Source: a virus
Taxonomy: Duplodnaviria; Heunggongvirae; Uroviricota; Caudoviricetes
Direction: 5' to 3' (one strand)
Virus record (IMG/VR): IMGVR_UViG_2547132281_000014
Coordinates: 1-40,471 of that record
Length of the DNA stretch: 40,471 bases
A model generated the notes under the pieces. That model was given only the letters and a program-made list of their open reading frames with translations, was not told the DNA's origin and made no database searches. Each line of letters starts with the position of its first letter. The stretch's first letter is position 1. This document shows, in pieces, positions 37,983-40,471 of the stretch. Both the position numbers and the translations under genes were made by a program.

Positions 37983-38384
37983 TTAATCTCCAAAAGCAAT
38001 CCAGTAAGCAAAAGGATTTATTCCTTGCTCAGTCACAGATGACATCAGGGAAAATTGCGATGGTGAAACAGGTAATGCTGCAAAACTAACCATTGTTGAC
38101 ACACCTGACCGTGCATTATCGTACGATGCAACAACACAATAATTGGTATTGCTGAAAGATATCGGCAGGGTGATATTTACAGGTGAGCCTAATGGCCCTG
38201 ATGCTGATATTCCCATTTGAATGATGGTTCCATCAGGCAATTTTCTCCAGCGATTAGAACTCGGATTTCTTTTCCAGGCTGACATATCCGGTATCTGATT
38301 TTCTCCTGTACCCACATCCCTTTTCGCCGCTTCTCCCAAACCAACGTTTATGAAAATGCAGAAATAACGAGCAAATGGCATCAT
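37983..38384 (-). CDS. alternative tail fibre C-terminal cassette (S'v-like); would fuse to the fibre N-terminus after inversion
   Basis: Minus-strand ORF whose codons crossing the right site encode VGLGEAAKRD, matching LGLGE at the left site. Confidence 0.6.
   Translation of the reverse strand: MMPFARYFCIFINVGLGEAAKRDVGTGENQIPDMSAWKRNPSSNRWRKLPDGTIIQMGISASGPLGSPVNITLPISFSNTNYCVVASYDNARSGVSTMVSFAALPVSPSQFSLMSSVTEQGINPFAYWIAFGD
38331..38356. repeat. inversion crossover site, right (gix/hix-like)
   Basis: TTCTCCCAAACC-AA-CGTTTATGAAAA, inverted relative to the left site and about 55 bp upstream of the invertase ATG. Confidence 0.6.
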
Positions 38385-38410
38385 TCCTGCTTTTGTCAGG
38401 GAGATCTACC

Positions 38411-38965
38411 ATGCTTATTGGCTATGTACGTGTGTCAACAAATGACCAGAACACAGATCTACAACGTAATGCGCTGAACTGTGCAGGATGCGAGCTGATT
38501 TTTGAAGACAAGATAAGCGGTACAAAGTCCGAAAGGCCGGGACTGAAAAAACTGCTCAGGACATTATCGGCAGGTGACACTCTGGTTGTCTGGAAGCTGG
38601 ACAGGTTAGGGCGCAGTATGCGGCATCTTGTTACGCTGATAGAAGAGTTGCGCCAGCGTGGCGTGAATTTCCGAAGCCTGACTGACAGTATTGATACCAG
38701 TACCCCAATGGGCCGTTTCTTTTTTCATGTCATGGGTGCCCTGGCTGAAATGGAACGAGAACTGATTGTTGAACGAACAAAAGCTGGACTGGAAGCTGCT
38801 CGCGCACAGGGACGAATTGGTGGACGTCGTCCCAAACTTACACAAGAACAATGGGCGCAGGCCGGGCGATTAATTGCATCAGGCGTTCCTCGCCAGAAGG
38901 TGGCGATCATCTATGATGTTGGTATATCGACACTGTATAAGAAGTTTCCGGTCGGAGATAAATGA
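38411..38965 (+). CDS. serine DNA invertase (Gin/Hin/Pin/Cin family)
   Basis: MLIGYVRVSTNDQNTDLQRNAL ... GDTLVVWKLDRLGRS resolvase catalytic domain plus C-terminal HTH; ATG at 38411; adjacent to the right crossover site. Confidence 0.9.
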   Translation: MLIGYVRVSTNDQNTDLQRNALNCAGCELIFEDKISGTKSERPGLKKLLRTLSAGDTLVVWKLDRLGRSMRHLVTLIEELRQRGVNFRSLTDSIDTSTPMGRFFFHVMGALAEMERELIVERTKAGLEAARAQGRIGGRRPKLTQEQWAQAGRLIASGVPRQKVAIIYDVGISTLYKKFPVGDK

Positions 38966-38966
38966 A

Positions 38967-39009
38967 ACCGTAGCACGTCGTATGCAAGAAGATCGTGCTG
39001 CGGTTTATG
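38967..39009. terminator. hairpin between the convergent invertase and GIY-YIG genes (possible bidirectional terminator)
   Basis: AACCGTAGCACG ... CGTGCTGCGGTT inverted repeat with 16-nt loop, followed by T-rich sequence. Confidence 0.35.
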
Positions 39010-39025
39010 CTTATCACTTAAAGAC

Positions 39026-39895
<870 letters not shown>

Positions 39896-39952
39896 CTAAC
39901 CCTTTGAATTTACATAGCGCAAAAAGATACCTTTCCTCATAATGTGAGCTAA

Positions 39953-40471
39953 GGTAATGACTCCAACTTATTGATAGTGTTTTATGTTCAGATAATGCCC
40001 GATGACTTTGTCATGCTGCTCCACCGATTTTGAGAACGACAGCGACTTCCGTCCCAGCCGTGCCAGGTGCTGCCTCAGATTCAGGTTATGCCGCTCAATT
40101 CGCTGCGTATATCGCTTGCTGATTACGTGCAGCTTTCCCTTCAGGCGGGATTCATACAGCGGCCAGCCATCCGTCATCCATATCACCACGTCAAAGGGTG
40201 ACAGCAGGCTCATAAGACGCCCCAGCGTCGCCATAGTGCGTTCACCGAATACGTGCACAACAACCGTCTTCCGGAGCCTGTCATACGCGTAAAACAGCCA
40301 GCGCTGGCGCGATTTAGCCCCGACGTATCCCCACTGTTCGTCCATTTCCGCGCAGACGATGACGTCACTGCCCGGCTGTATGCGCGAGGTTACCGACTGC
40401 GGCCTGAGTTTTTTAAGTGACGTAAAATCGTGTTGAGGCCAACGCCCATAATGCGGGCAGTTGCCCGGCAT
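39953..40471 (-). mobile_element. IS1 insertion sequence, partial (right end plus insB; continues beyond the window)
   Basis: Terminal sequence GGTAATGACTCCAACTTATTGATAGTGTT (IS1 end) at 39953; InsB-coding region follows on the minus strand. Confidence 0.85.
39968..40471 (-). CDS. insB: IS1 transposase InsB reading frame
   Basis: 167-aa translation [27 protein letters not shown] ... HYLNIKHYQ matches IS1 InsB from memory with a few substitutions; its ATG is the last codon in the window. Confidence 0.85.
   Translation of the reverse strand: MPGNCPHYGRWPQHDFTSLKKLRPQSVTSRIQPGSDVIVCAEMDEQWGYVGAKSRQRWLFYAYDRLRKTVVVHVFGERTMATLGRLMSLLSPFDVVIWMTDGWPLYESRLKGKLHVISKRYTQRIERHNLNLRQHLARLGRKSLSFSKSVEQHDKVIGHYLNIKHYQ

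Larger units (their letters stand above)
36493..38344. other. invertible G-segment-like DNA cassette bounded by inverted recombination sites
   Basis: 14-bp TTGGTTTGGGAGAA at 36493-36506 and its exact inverted copy TTCTCCCAAACCAA at 38331-38344; both lie in the same reading context (GLGE) of oppositely oriented fibre C-termini; invertase gene adjacent. Confidence 0.7.

Overview
The window opens with chromosomal proA (1..1254) and a tRNA-Thr (thrW-like, 1369..1444), followed by a mosaic temperate prophage of about 38.5 kb integrated at the tRNA 3' end and running to a partial IS1 at the window edge; no attR copy of the tRNA 3' end is visible. Prophage layout: tyrosine integrase and excisionase; a yfdQ/R/S/T-like early-left cluster; a lambda-style immunity region (CI repressor with S24 peptidase motif, Cro/YdaS-like, CII/YdaT-like, PL and PR with shared operator motifs); a replication gene carrying iteron-like repeats; PerC-like regulator, Dam-like methyltransferase, LexA-N-domain-like protein, RusA, KilA-N, DUF968, Q antiterminator; lysis cassette (S-like holin, lambda R-type endolysin, Rz/Rz1); HNH plus terminase; HK97-type portal/protease/capsid; Mu-type contractile tail; and a G-segment-like invertible tail-fibre cassette with a Gin-like invertase. 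The three classic lambdoid cargo positions each hold AT-rich genes of unknown function, all transcribed against the flanking phage genes: the rex position downstream of cI (two small genes), the Q-to-S interval (a ClpP/SDH-fold serine peptidase), and the bor position after Rz1 (two-gene operon). Further cargo candidates are an antisense moron with its own terminator next to a densely structured noncoding block in the early-left operon, and a GIY-YIG protein at the right end beside IS1. All product calls rest on remembered motifs and synteny, not on database searches; none of the candidate systems can be assigned to a named defence family from sequence alone.
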